Shown here: piece after piece, positions 1 to 11,788 of the stretch
Numbering within the stretch: position 1 is the stretch's first letter
Layout of the letters: every line of letters starts with the position of its first letter
Assembly (NCBI GenBank): GCA_964019425.1
Contig: OZ025801.1
Coordinates: forward strand, 434,001-498,000
Origin: Flectonema sp. DT1601
Lineage: Eukaryota
Direction: 5' to 3'
Length of the DNA: 64,000 nt
Made by a program: the position numbers and the translations under genes
Notes under the pieces: model-generated
The model's database searches: none
Told to the model about the DNA's origin: nothing
Seen by the model: the letters and a program-made list of their open reading frames with translations, nothing else

Positions 1-161
1 ACAATACAATCATCATTCAGGATTCCAGTATGATTCTTGCCGTCATCCATGTTCTTGACAGAAATTTTTGAACTCATATCGGTGACGGTACCAACTGCCC
101 AACTCTCAATAGCATCTTTTCGATTGTTATAAAAACAAAGACTTCCTACTTTTAATGCCAT
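1..161 (-). CDS. 5' end of a gene running off the window; N-terminus resembles the myosin N-terminal SH3-like domain
   Basis: ATG at 161 follows a T-tract+CCCCCAG acceptor (~203-225). The frame is open to the window edge: MALKVGSLCFYNNRKDAIESWAVGTVTDMSSKISVKNMDDGKNHTG, matching the vGs..(W/F)...sW..G.V....V...dG pattern of myosin N-termini. Confidence 0.5.
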   Translation of the reverse strand, partial: MALKVGSLCFYNNRKDAIESWAVGTVTDMSSKISVKNMDDGKNHTGILNDDCI

Positions 162-310
162 CCTATATTGTTATTATTTTTTGGATGTATTTTTTTTTTC
201 AACCTGGGGGAAAAAAAAAGAAATATAACTTCAAAAAATAAAGATTTTCAAACAGGAAAAAAAAAAAAAAAAAAAAAAAAGGGGTTAGGTTGACACAAGA
301 ACAGATACTG

Positions 311-2308
311 TCATCTGTTTGCAATGATAGCGAAATTTCGGGGGGACAAGGCACCATCAAATATGGAATCGAGTCGGACATCACATCCCTTCTCAGAAAG
401 CATAAGTGCTCTATCGATGACGAACGCGGATTCAATAAGTTGAGACATCCAATTTCGAAGTATTACGAGAGCAAGAAATGATGAGAAATCACTCTCCATG
501 TACTGCTGTTCAATAGAAGCGGGAGTCTTATCACACGGAGGTTCCGATGGAGCAAATCCATACTTCTCAATAGAACTTATAAACTGTTCGAATGTTAAAT
601 CGGATTTCATACGAGACATGTCTCTCAAGAATATCGGTGGAAGTGAATCAGATGTCTGAAATCTGTCTTCCTTCGACGAACTGTAACATGACGATAGAGT
701 CGGCCAATACAACGGAAGCATTGCCCTGAAGAATAATAATCTTTTTGACGACAGAAATTTTGATAAATCATCGTCACTCAAACCCTCCACAACGGGTTGC
801 GTTGCCAACATCAGAGATAGTTCTGTTACTGTTGATGGAAATTGTCGATTGGAAACATACTTACTGAGTGGAAACCCATTTTTCGTAAGAGAGTGCCAAC
901 AACAACTGACCAACGTTAAGTTATTCGATTCTGACGCATGCCATAACTTCAGAGTTGTGGATCCTAAGTCTCCACAAGTGTGAAGACCAATCATCATAAC
1001 ATCTCGTAAGTTATCATTAATAGGATACACTGATGGATCGATTGTATTTACTTTATCAACATCAGTAGGTAACGGTAAGCACATACGAGACTTAGTAGCG
1101 TGTCGTAATATTTTATATCTGTCAGTACTGTCATCATAACCTAAAACTGTTACTAATTCAGTTCCCACATCATCGGTTGTTGTGTCGTCATCTGTTGGTT
1201 CCATCGCGGGTGTATCATCATCAGTCTCTTTTTTTTTTTTTTTAGATTTTTTGTGTTCGTTACAGATTGATTTTGGAAGTACTAATCGACAGCCTCGTTT
1301 GAATTGTTGTCCAGATATCCTAATCTCACTTCCCATGGGTTCATATTCACAAAAATATGATTTAATCCAATTCCACATTTCAGCTTCATTCAGAGACTCT
1401 GGAACTGTATTCCCAGGATGTGAATATGAAAGGTGTCCAAGAAGCATTGGAAGGTGTCCTTTAATGATTTTGTTACAAGTTGCGCATTTCATTTTTGACG
1501 ATATTTGTGGTACTTCAGCTTCTACAACAGAATTAGATTTGGGTAACTTTGACAGCAGATCACTCCAATTGAGATTTGGATCAACGTGACAGGTTAGAGA
1601 AAACATTGCTCCTCGGGGTTCATATAAAAAGGAATCACCATCATCGAATATTCTGCTGCATAAGATTCTATCAATCCGTTCGAATGAGCTGTCTCTGTGA
1701 TGGGGATTGCAATCAAGACCGATGACTTGTAAACCTTTGCATAGCGCTAGTGCTCTGCTTAGGTATCCTTTTCCTTCTCCGATGTTTATTATCGTTTTTA
1801 TATCATCGTTGTTCATGAGGGAATCTTTTATGTTTTTGTACATCATCGTCACTTCGTGTTTCTTTTTATCAGACATACCGCTGTCTATTATTCTTGTTAG
1901 GAATTTTTGTTGTTGGTGGCTGTCAGTTGTAGTCTCACTAACTTGATTGTTTTTCTGATCACGACTAAGTCTCAACGAATTACAATTCATTGCAAACTCA
2001 AAGAGACTTTCTGACGTTGTTTTTACATCTTTCCAAATACAACTTTCAGTTGTTACACTACTAAGCTGTAGGAGCTCTGAAACTACGCTCTCTCCTTTGT
2101 CTTTTATTAGTGACCCTAGTGCGGATAGCCATTCTTGGACTTCAGTCTTTTTACCTCCATTTAGATGGAATTCTAGTCTAAAATAGTCTTCAGGGTGTAC
2201 AGAATGAATGGTTTGATGGTTTTCAAGGAATGTATATAATTCATCGCAGTATTTCTTATTGTCTGTGTGGCAGCTGTCGGTTCGGAATGGAAGGTGAAGT
2301 CGATCCAT
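311..2308 (-). CDS. METTL25/RRNAD1-like SAM methyltransferase (Methyltransf_32), with an inserted possible Zn-binding CxxC...H...H segment
   Basis: 665-aa ORF with MSDKKKHEV, NIGEGKGYLSRAL, GLHTCGDLG, SCCWH and C-terminal SPRNFAIIA, the typical motif series of this family. Confidence 0.85.
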   Translation of the reverse strand: MDRLHLPFRTDSCHTDNKKYCDELYTFLENHQTIHSVHPEDYFRLEFHLNGGKKTEVQEWLSALGSLIKDKGESVVSELLQLSSVTTESCIWKDVKTTSESLFEFAMNCNSLRLSRDQKNNQVSETTTDSHQQQKFLTRIIDSGMSDKKKHEVTMMYKNIKDSLMNNDDIKTIINIGEGKGYLSRALALCKGLQVIGLDCNPHHRDSSFERIDRILCSRIFDDGDSFLYEPRGAMFSLTCHVDPNLNWSDLLSKLPKSNSVVEAEVPQISSKMKCATCNKIIKGHLPMLLGHLSYSHPGNTVPESLNEAEMWNWIKSYFCEYEPMGSEIRISGQQFKRGCRLVLPKSICNEHKKSKKKKKETDDDTPAMEPTDDDTTTDDVGTELVTVLGYDDSTDRYKILRHATKSRMCLPLPTDVDKVNTIDPSVYPINDNLRDVMMIGLHTCGDLGSTTLKLWHASESNNLTLVSCCWHSLTKNGFPLSKYVSNRQFPSTVTELSLMLATQPVVEGLSDDDLSKFLSSKRLLFFRAMLPLYWPTLSSCYSSSKEDRFQTSDSLPPIFLRDMSRMKSDLTFEQFISSIEKYGFAPSEPPCDKTPASIEQQYMESDFSSFLALVILRNWMSQLIESAFVIDRALMLSEKGCDVRLDSIFDGALSPRNFAIIANR

Positions 2309-2554
2309 TTATTTATGTAACTGAATGAGGAAAATATATTTTCAATACAAAAAAAATAAAAAAAAAAGGAATCGGCAACTCAACACCAATTTGCTTTTTC
2401 GACCTGGAATGAAAAAGGGGAAGAAAAACACCGATTAAGAGAACTATTTCGATAACTTCGTATTATAACTACTAATGGGTACTTACTTCAGAATAATCTA
2501 AGGGTGGGGAATGCAATACAAAGTGTACGAGGCTACAAACAAAGCAATGGGAGG

Positions 2555-5500
2555 TTAGGTTAATGGAGAAGGCGCTTTCCGTTTTCGTTTTTCAAAAGCG
2601 TGTTTCCAATAAGTGTCATAAGGAGGTGACTTTTTTTGAATTCTATCGGTCACTTCAGTTATTGTTTTTATCAGTTCTTCTCCACTCATTGCACCAGCCT
2701 TTTCACAAAGGGCGACTGACGTCCTGATGAATTGACCAGATATAATCCTTTCTCTGTCGATTAATTCTATCCTCGCCTTCGCCTCTTCACTATCAATAGC
2801 GAGTGCGACAGAAGCCGGGAGAGGAGATCTAAAAAAACCAATGTCATTACGAAATTTTGAAGCCTCATGTGATGCCTTCTTAGCAGCCGCTTCCGCAGCA
2901 GCTTTTCGAGCCCCACGAAGAGGAACTGAATAACTGCGAGAAACTGGTTTAAATACAGGTTTTCGATGTTGCTGCGGTTTTGATATCCCTGGAGCTGATG
3001 CAGCAGGTATACCTCCTCGACGGGTGATGACTCTTTTTTGAGGGGCTGGATTAGTCATTTTATCAGGTGATAGAGTGATGTTACCATCCTCAGTCTCAGT
3101 TAAGTTAGAGATGCTATCCTTTCGATTGATAGCAGGAATTTGAAGACCCTCTGGTTCAAATAGAGTTTCTGAATCATATCCGTCACTGGGATCGTCAAAC
3201 ACGACAGTTTTTACTTTTATTTCATTCAACTCAAACATCTCATCTCTTATTATTCCTCTTCCAGATTTCCATTTTTCATATCTTTTTAAGTATCGCTCCG
3301 TTTCTTCTTGTGATGCGGGTATTGGAATTCGTTTTTTAACTTCTTCATCATCGATAATGACTGACACTAACAGAGGTTCGTCGTCGAGAGTGTATTTTAA
3401 TAAAGTTGCATTTTTTCTGATCTTTCTGCACAATGAAAGGTGGTGTAGGGTCGTTGCCTGTCTCTGAAGTGACTCATCAGCTACGATTTCATTTCTTGAT
3501 TTCGACTCAACGACTTCGACTATGGATTCAAAGTGACCTTCTTGAATCGTATGCGTCTTCGTAGTTTTAATATTAGCATCAACTAACTTTTCCCATTTCT
3601 GATCAGTATTGTATTTATTAAACCTTTGTTGGTATGTTGTCGTCTTCTTAAATGATGGGTAGTTTTGTTTTCTGATTTGTTGTTGTTGTGATGCAGTTCT
3701 TCGGTGAGAATTCGATCCCCACTCCCAACTACTTTTTGTTAATTCAGTGCTGTGTGATGTGCTTCTCCATTCTAAACCAGAATCATCTTCTCTGATATGC
3801 CGTAACGATCTCATTACTTCAGCGTAGCTCTTTTCATCTTCATCATTGAATGAAGTATCGGGTGATTGATCATCAATGTGAATGCTACTGCTGTCAGTTG
3901 CTTGGCTTTCTTCTATTGAAGATTCAAGGAGAGCTGTTGGTGAGTTTGAATCAAACGACAACACAACACCAGAAGGTGGTTTTGGAGGTGATCGAGTAGG
4001 CATTCGACTGCTAGCAATAGTACTGTTAGATTCCCTCGTTGAAGGAGGAAGAGATTGACTAGCTGATGGAGCTCTTGGCGCAGCCCTCGATGGTCGAACT
4101 CGAATCGGAGAACAATTCGATGCCAATGACGGTGTACTCGACATCGCTTCCATTGCAATGCTATTCCTAACATCCGCTTGTTGTTTTTCAATTACTAAGA
4201 AAGCTTCAACATTAAACACCTGATGAATTCCATCAAACAAAGCCGTCTGTTCTGTTGTAATCTGACGACGCCTCTCCTCTTCAGATACTAAATACGTATG
4301 CAGGTGAAGTAAGTCAAGCCTAGTAATCGATTCAAATTCAACCTGTTGAAGTCGTCCAGTACCCTCATTCATTTGTATTGCTGTGAGTTGTATTGTACGG
4401 CGACTGCGTTGTGATATATTCCAAATTGATTGAAATATCCGTCGTTCTGATTCGAGTATTTCTCTGCGAGATTCTTCTTCGGTTTCAATTGTTTTTATCG
4501 TCTCTGATTGGTTTATTATTTTTTTAGTTTTCCCGGTTTTAACAACAATCGATGCCGCCTGTTTGCAATATCCTCTTTGAATATCCGACCTGAATCTCAC
4601 CTCCGAGAGCTCAGTGAAATATAGTCCCAGCTTAATCCGTTTTATGTTTTCTTCAGAAGAAATCGCAATCGCAGTAGTAATGTATTTCCTTTGCAGTACA
4701 TTACTTTTTAATGAGTGTTTGTATGAAACGTATAATAAACTTCTTTTCATCACCTCTTGTAGTTTTAAAAATGAATGTTTTTGATAGAATGTGATTCGAC
4801 GTCTGTGGATGTTTTCTTTCATTTTGTATAAAATAGTAATCTCTCTGAGGTGTTCGATGTGCGTTGTGCTGATCCTTTGTACAGCTCTTCCCAAAAGTTC
4901 CATTCTGATTATTTCATGTCGACAGCTTTGCTCGTGTTCTTCTAAAAAGTCGAGTGCGACGGACATGACTAGTGTCTTGTTGTGAGTGTTTTCTATACTG
5001 TCTTCTTCGTCAGCTGTGAAAGTCGGGCTTTGAAGGTGTTTACCCGAAGGAGTGGAATTAACTTCCATGAGCAATCGCAATCTCCATTTTCCTTCAGCAT
5101 TCGCTAAGTGTCCAGCTAGTTTAGCTTTTTGTTGAACAGCCACACAAACTTTATCATTCAAGTCACTGACATATGCAACGTGACATCGACTTATTGTTTC
5201 TCCCCATTCTAATGTCCTGCGAGTACTTTCTTCGAGAAATATTAATTTTCTTATCCGACCACTGCTTTCGCTGTTGTCACTTTCATTACTTTTCCTTCTT
5301 AAAGTGACTGCTTCACTTGCTGTTGGACTGTTGCTAGGTGATGTCACACTTGATACGGGTTCTCGTTGTTCTAATTCATCAAATCTCATTCTAGGTGAAG
5401 GAGATATCTTTAGGTAATCATAAAGTGCTTTAGCTGATGCCGCAGCGCTCATATCTAATCCAAGAATCAGTTCTTTTGGTGATGGCGATCCAGTTGATGG

Positions 5501-6301
5501 AACAGAAGGGAATCTTTGTGCCTTTGGTGTCATGTCCCACGCTGATCCTTTTGATGCAGCTCTAGCTTCCTGTTCACTAAATAACTGTCTTGCTGTAGTT
5601 GGAGGAGTTCCCTCTATTCTAACTTGTTTACTACCAACAGGTGTTAGTGGAGGAGGTAGTTTTGATATTTCTGGTGTTTGTGTTTTAACAGATGCAGAAC
5701 CCTCTCTTCCCCTTTCACGATTTTTTTCTTTCTTTTTCATTGCTGATAGCCAGGCAGCAACTGGATCCGGAGTCTCTTTTTCAACTTGTGTTCCTTCCGT
5801 TACGAATGATGGACCTTTAAGAGGTTTAACTTCGAGGGGACTTGTTGCTGATTCTTTCATCGTTGAACGAACTATCGATTTACTAACTTCTTCTAAGATA
5901 GAACGAGCAGCGAGTTCTTTTGTATCACCATCTGAAGGTGTTCGTAATAATTCATTAAATCCCTCCTTGTCTGAAATAGACGAATTATCGCTTACCGCTA
6001 AAGTATTACGTGATCCTGAAAGTGAGTTGTTTTTATGTCTTGGAGAGAAATCTCCCGGAGAAAATGAAGATTGACTTCTCTGCAAAGAATGAGGTGTTAT
6101 GTTATAAAGTGGTTTTGGAGAACTCCTTACCAACCCAGAAGTCTTTGACACACTTCGTGTGATGTGAGGTTTCCTGTAAGTGAGAATCTGTTTTGCTTGG
6201 GTTGCAATCTCGGCTTCTGATTGTCGTCTTCTTGCTAACCTCCCTGACACTAGCGGGGATTCAAGAGCTTCTCTGAGACGGCGATCACGGGCGGTCGACA
6301 T
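2555..6301 (-). CDS. Large low-complexity/coiled-coil protein of unknown function with recurring EExxRxxI helices
   Basis: 1248-aa ORF with a T-tract+CACAG acceptor ~25 nt upstream of the ATG. S/P-rich regions and repeated E-E-x-x-R-x-x-I segments. Confidence 0.8.
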   Translation of the reverse strand: MSTARDRRLREALESPLVSGRLARRRQSEAEIATQAKQILTYRKPHITRSVSKTSGLVRSSPKPLYNITPHSLQRSQSSFSPGDFSPRHKNNSLSGSRNTLAVSDNSSISDKEGFNELLRTPSDGDTKELAARSILEEVSKSIVRSTMKESATSPLEVKPLKGPSFVTEGTQVEKETPDPVAAWLSAMKKKEKNRERGREGSASVKTQTPEISKLPPPLTPVGSKQVRIEGTPPTTARQLFSEQEARAASKGSAWDMTPKAQRFPSVPSTGSPSPKELILGLDMSAAASAKALYDYLKISPSPRMRFDELEQREPVSSVTSPSNSPTASEAVTLRRKSNESDNSESSGRIRKLIFLEESTRRTLEWGETISRCHVAYVSDLNDKVCVAVQQKAKLAGHLANAEGKWRLRLLMEVNSTPSGKHLQSPTFTADEEDSIENTHNKTLVMSVALDFLEEHEQSCRHEIIRMELLGRAVQRISTTHIEHLREITILYKMKENIHRRRITFYQKHSFLKLQEVMKRSLLYVSYKHSLKSNVLQRKYITTAIAISSEENIKRIKLGLYFTELSEVRFRSDIQRGYCKQAASIVVKTGKTKKIINQSETIKTIETEEESRREILESERRIFQSIWNISQRSRRTIQLTAIQMNEGTGRLQQVEFESITRLDLLHLHTYLVSEEERRRQITTEQTALFDGIHQVFNVEAFLVIEKQQADVRNSIAMEAMSSTPSLASNCSPIRVRPSRAAPRAPSASQSLPPSTRESNSTIASSRMPTRSPPKPPSGVVLSFDSNSPTALLESSIEESQATDSSSIHIDDQSPDTSFNDEDEKSYAEVMRSLRHIREDDSGLEWRSTSHSTELTKSSWEWGSNSHRRTASQQQQIRKQNYPSFKKTTTYQQRFNKYNTDQKWEKLVDANIKTTKTHTIQEGHFESIVEVVESKSRNEIVADESLQRQATTLHHLSLCRKIRKNATLLKYTLDDEPLLVSVIIDDEEVKKRIPIPASQEETERYLKRYEKWKSGRGIIRDEMFELNEIKVKTVVFDDPSDGYDSETLFEPEGLQIPAINRKDSISNLTETEDGNITLSPDKMTNPAPQKRVITRRGGIPAASAPGISKPQQHRKPVFKPVSRSYSVPLRGARKAAAEAAAKKASHEASKFRNDIGFFRSPLPASVALAIDSEEAKARIELIDRERIISGQFIRTSVALCEKAGAMSGEELIKTITEVTDRIQKKSPPYDTYWKHAFEKRKRKAPSPLT

Positions 6302-6605
6302 GTTTTTACCCCCACCCTGCGACCTCTGTGAAAAAAATAAAGCAATAAAAAGGTAAAATAAATATTTAAAAAAGAATATTCCTACGTAAAGATACCCATT
6401 GATAACAACATCATATTTTAATGAGATCGCAAAGCACTACTTTGATTGATTCGTATCTCCGAAATGTTTTCACAAAATTCGTTTCTTTTCTTTCTTCACT
6501 CTTATCCTTTCCTGATAATTCTTTTTTTTTTTCTTCTTTCTTTCTTTTTTTTTTTTTTTTTCAAACTTAAAAAAACAGACAGGCGACTTGGGAGTTGTAT
6601 TTTCA

Positions 6606-9600
6606 TTACTTCTTAAGTCTCTTATTGTTCTTAAACTCCGCCAGTTTTGAATTTTTCTTCTTCAATGCCTGTTTTTTTTTTTTTTTTTTTTAAAGTTTTC
6701 AGCAGAATGAATTTTGCTTCTCATTAGATATCAATAAATAAATAAAATAAATAATACCTTCAATCTTTCAATCGACTTCTCGTCTTTTCTGGCCTTGTCT
6801 CTGAGGTATGATTTTTTCTGTTTTTTTTTAATATTAGTTGTTATTAAGGCATGTTAAGATTTGATTGTGTCACGAAAACCCGTGAACCGACTTAAACTGA
6901 TAAAGCTAAAGGAGGTTTACGTGTGCTGCTTAACATTCTTTTTCGTTCTTACAATACTTCTTTCTTAAATGCAAAAAAAAAAAAAAAAAAAGAAATTCAA
7001 ACTTTTTCTGCTGCGTTATCCTTCTCCTTACGCTTTTTAGTGTTATCGACAAGAGTCAATTTTTCAAGAACATCGCGAGTCGCCTGTTCCTTTGGTTCGA
7101 GAATGTGTGCTGTTTCCTGTGCGATAGCAGTGTCGTTTCTGCTCATGCCGTCCTTCTCAATGAATCGAAGTTTCTTTTTATCAAACGGAAGCGAACCTTC
7201 GACCTTAGCAGGAGCTTGTAACGGCTTATTAAACACCTGTTTTCTCTTAACTTCTCTGTATATTGAATCAACAGAATATGGAACAGCAATGCCTCGATCA
7301 CGACGGAGTTCGGTCATGTTTTTCATTGCAGCCCATTCTTTTAGAAGGAGATTAGTAACAGGGTTGTAGTATTTCTGTGGTTCAATTACCTTCCAGGTCT
7401 TGCAGAACACGATGTCAGATTTCGCTATTTTGTCTTCAAAGGTCGCTCTGAATATTCCATTCTTACCCGTGACAGCTCTTTTTACCGTTCCTCTCAACCC
7501 CGAAGTCGTTTGAATTTTTGCTCCTTCGAACTTGGCAACTTCCAATGCAGAGCTGAACATATTCTTAACGAAGGCGGTATTCTTGTAAACCTTTGCTGGA
7601 ACACCCGTTAATTTCAATTTTTTTACAATCCTTGAACTGTGATCGATTTCCATAATATATCCCGTAGCACTACACCTGAAATGACGTACGTCAGCTTGCA
7701 GTGAATTGTTAGTGAACGCAATCACACCAGTGTTCGGAGGTGTTACCGGTCCGTAGAACGCAGCGACGCAATGCATATGAAGTGGTGAATATTTCAAATA
7801 ACGATTACGTCCGTTGGGATCTTCAAGAGCGAAGATCGGTTGCGTTTGAAATCGTCTCCATCCAACAGAGAGAACAAGCGGATCACCTGCTTTTAAAATC
7901 TTTGGATACCAACGATGTTTTTTAATTCTCATATACACAACTCCTAGTCTGTCTTCAGAAGCTAAAAGACCTCCCATCACTAGCGGCAGCTTTGGTTGAA
8001 AATTTGATACGAATTCAGCTGGTATTCCTTCTACAACAACTCTCACATATAATCCTGCATAGTATCCGACCAGTTTAATCTTTTCGTCAATATTTCCAAC
8101 AGTGACATCTTCAATGAGTTCTTTTGTCTTGTCATGTTTCTTATCCATTTCCTGCTTCATTACATCTAAGAAGTCTCTGGCTTCGGTTTCTCCAGCTTTG
8201 CCTTCAGCTTTGTCATAGGCGACATCGAAAGCCTTCTTTTGTGCAATTTTCTGTTTTTTGTAGTCATTTTCTTCCTCTTCGCCTTCAGCTGGTTTCTCAG
8301 GTTCAGCAGGTTTTGGGTTCTGAGTTGTGATTTTCAGATTGTCAGGTACTAGGGAGCGAACGCTTTCTTGTAAAGCTTCTAATTTGGACTGTTTCTTTGG
8401 TTTTGGTTGTTCGTTTTCATCATCGTTGGATAGCATGTCGTCGTCTGCGTTGCTTTCTTCTTCTTCGTCTTCGGTATCGTCATCTTCGTCGTTTACGATG
8501 TTCATGAGTTGGTCTTCATTGTCGTCATCACCCTCGCTGACGGATTCGTATCCTCTTTGATTTGTTACTTCCTTTGTTGCTCCCTTAATACCAGTTGATT
8601 CTTCAGCAGTCCATTCACCAGTTACGAAGAGGTCTCTAATACTTTCTCTAATTGTTTCAACTTCCCAATCCTCTTCAAGTATACCACGAACATCACGAGT
8701 TACGTCTTCTTGGTGAGCAGACTCGGTAGTCGCTCCTTGAACTTTGAAAAGGATATCATCAGCATCATCACCAAGGAGACTCATTCCACGTAGATCATCA
8801 GAAGAGATGTTGTGTTTAACATTTGTTCTATCCGAAGGGAGAATTACGTTGTTGTCATCATCAGAGTCGTCTTCATCATCAGTCTCGTCTTCTCCTTCTG
8901 GTTGAGGTTCTGGATCATTGAAATGAACTCTTCTTCTGATTCTTCCGTCTGCTGCTTTTTCAATTGTTGATGTGTATCTGGGGTTTACTTCCTCGTCATT
9001 GTCTTCGTCATCGTCTTCACTGTCACCTCCTTGAATTGCTTCTCCACCTTCAAACAAACTCATGCCAGCTCCCTTTAACTCTTCATCAATAGTTCTTCTC
9101 TTATTAGGATCAAGCATGTCATTCATTATTGAATGTCCTTCTCCAACATCAAGAACTGCTTCTTCTCTATCTTTATCAATTCTAACATAAACAGAGTCTT
9201 TGTCATAAATAAGACCTCCGACATCCGCCATTGGAGCGTAGAGTCGCTTGTCTCTTTCTGACAAATGACGTGTTTTTCTTTTATTTCCAGTTGTTGGAAG
9301 GGAACATGGATCTTGTAAGTGGTTTATATTTGATATAGTATAATCACCGACACCTGGAATATGAACTCGTTGGTTATCTTTTAATGGACAACCTCTAACG
9401 TATCCGTACAGTGCTATCTTTCGATCAGCTAGTGGTGATGCTTGCGTAATAGCCGGGTCAGTGATGTCTTCCATTCGGTCAGCAAGAACACAACTGTGAG
9501 TTGTTCTCCACTTTTGCTGTGATAGTTTAGTGACTGCTATAAATCTGTTGAGGTTTACAATCTCTTTCATCGAATACATGTTCCTCTCCATTCCACTTAA

Positions 9601-10352
9601 GTAGAATAGTTTAGCTCCTGGACAGATTTCTTGCCAAAATCTGTGTCTTAATGCTTTCTTAGTCTTTTTAAGTTGTTTATTGTTCTTCAACTTATCCAAG
9701 TGGGTGAGAACACCAATAAGTTTTGGGAATCCATGTGACTTTGATATGTTTAGAAATTCAAAAGTTTCCATCTCAAAACCAAAACTGGCATCCACAACCA
9801 ACAAAACCAAGTCAGCCATGCGAGCGATATCACACATTGCATTTATATCGTTAGGGCACTCAAAGAAAGTGATTCGTCGTTGTTTTCCTGCTATACATGT
9901 AACTGGTCCTTTGACTGATGTTAGATTTTGTTTTGTGAAATACTTAACAAGTGATCTGATTAGCGTTGTCTTTCCACTTCCAGGAGGTCCAACAACTGCG
10001 ACAGTCTCTGGAGGGCCATTCATGTCGTCTGCGTAAGTTCTATCGACGGTTGGCATCTTTATGTTGACCTGACTTCTATCAGATTTACGACGGGCGGCAT
10101 TGGCTCTGTGTGTGGGGTATTTTAGGGTTTTTTACACCAAATTGGGTCCAATATATATAAAAAAAGAAAAACTACATACAATCCAGGCCTTCCTGTTGCA
10201 AATCCCTTCACATTAATTTTGTCTGGCTCTGTTGGTAGTCCTCTCTTCTTCTTGTCTTCAACTTTTTTCTTTTCATACGACTTTCCCTTTCGGGGAGCTC
10301 TGTAAGATTTGTGCTCCCTTTCTGTCATGTCTAACTTACCTTCGATTGGCAT
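6606..10352 (-). CDS. BMS1: Ribosome biogenesis GTPase Bms1; 4 exons (10180-10352, 7003-10105, 6758-6817, 6606-6668), ~1132 aa
   Basis: GPPGSGKTTLIRSL, ADLVLLVVDASFGFEMETFEFLNI, KKHRWYPKILK and RATFEDKI motifs. Three GT-AG introns (10106-10179, 6818-7002, 6669-6757) keep the frame to a TAA. Confidence 0.97.
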
Positions 10353-10570
10353 CTTAGTTTTTTGTTAGTTGACAAACACACCGAAATATCCCGAGGAGTA
10401 GGGAATCCCTGTTGTGAAAGAAAAGAAATATTTATTATAACGCCACTGATTTACTTTTTTTAGGCCACCTCAACTCATCGGAACAAATCCTGTTTTTTGA
10501 AGGAAAAAATATGTATAAATTTTTCTATAAATCAACTCCCTTTTATAAGATGGTATATATCCACAACACC

Positions 10571-11278
10571 TCACTCTGATAACGAGTGAGTATGTGATTG
10601 TAACAGTGTGGTGATATCTCTGTAAAGAGTATCAGCTTTAGAGTTTAAGCAATGTAACCGTTCCAGTTCGTCTGTTTGTAGAAGTTGAGCAACAGGGATA
10701 CCTCTTTGAACCAGAGCAGTGTCTGATCTTTTTATGATTAATCTGTTTAATAAATTTAGGCAATCTTGTAATGTTCCGAGTTGAAGAGGAGTAGTAGCAA
10801 GTCGTCGAGTTCTTTTTAAATTTTGTTCAGTTCGTTGAACTTTTTCGAATAGATCAGAAAGAACTTTCTTATCAGATAATACTTTGGTAGTTAAAGATTG
10901 TATTCTGGATTCGTAGAGTTGAATTTCAGTAGACTTGTTGTCGAATGAGAATATCTCATTTTGATGTGAGGTTTTAAGAAAACGTTCACAATCACAAACA
11001 CTTTCCTCATATTCTTTTTTAGACCTTTCTAGGAGTTGTAGTTGATGTTGTTTTTCATTAATTTTATACCGAAGTTGTTGAATCTCACAATCAGTTTTTC
11101 TCTTATCTCTTTGCATCCTCAGAACAAGAGATCTAAGTTCAGAACATTCCACTGCTACTTCCCTCAGGTGTTTTTCATCAAATTTTCTTCCTAAAATTGA
11201 AATTTTTTCCTCCTGCATTCGGATTATCCCAATTTGCTCTGCCGAGTGTTGGGTGTCATTCGATGTTATTTTTCCCAT
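10571..11278 (-). CDS. Coiled-coil protein of unknown function (235 aa from ATG 11278)
   Basis: Heptad-rich ORF. The probable start is MGKITS, downstream of a TTTTTTCAAACAG acceptor. Confidence 0.75.
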   Translation of the reverse strand: MGKITSNDTQHSAEQIGIIRMQEEKISILGRKFDEKHLREVAVECSELRSLVLRMQRDKRKTDCEIQQLRYKINEKQHQLQLLERSKKEYEESVCDCERFLKTSHQNEIFSFDNKSTEIQLYESRIQSLTTKVLSDKKVLSDLFEKVQRTEQNLKRTRRLATTPLQLGTLQDCLNLLNRLIIKRSDTALVQRGIPVAQLLQTDELERLHCLNSKADTLYRDITTLLQSHTHSLSE

Positions 11279-11788
11279 TTTTTTTTTTTTTTTTGGACCC
11301 CCCCACTCCTGTTTGAAAAAAGTAAAACCAAAAACCAAAATGTGTGAAATGGGTTATATGGTTGTCAGATTGGGTTTGCAGACATCAAATCTTTACCAGA
11401 CAGGGAAGAAGTAATTTTATTTATTTCACGTTGAGTGTGTTATTTGTTGTTGTTTTTTCCCCATTTTTTTTTTTTTTTTTTCCTTTTGACCCTACAACTG
11501 TTTGAATAGTATAGTACCATAATTAAACAAAACAAAACACAAAACAAAGATAATCTGGATTTAATATGAATTGGGTAACTGGTATCGGGTAATAACATAT
11601 TTTTTTAAGTGACAAAGAAAATAAATTTAGAGACAACTTTTTATAGTCCTTTCTAGTTTTGAGAATATGATATCGACATCTCTGAAAGGAAGATGACAAA
11701 CATGGAAATGTCGCCACCGTATAAAAAGATACATATGAGTATAGTGTAAGTTGAGTTGACACACCCTGGCTTATTGAGGATCAGGTTT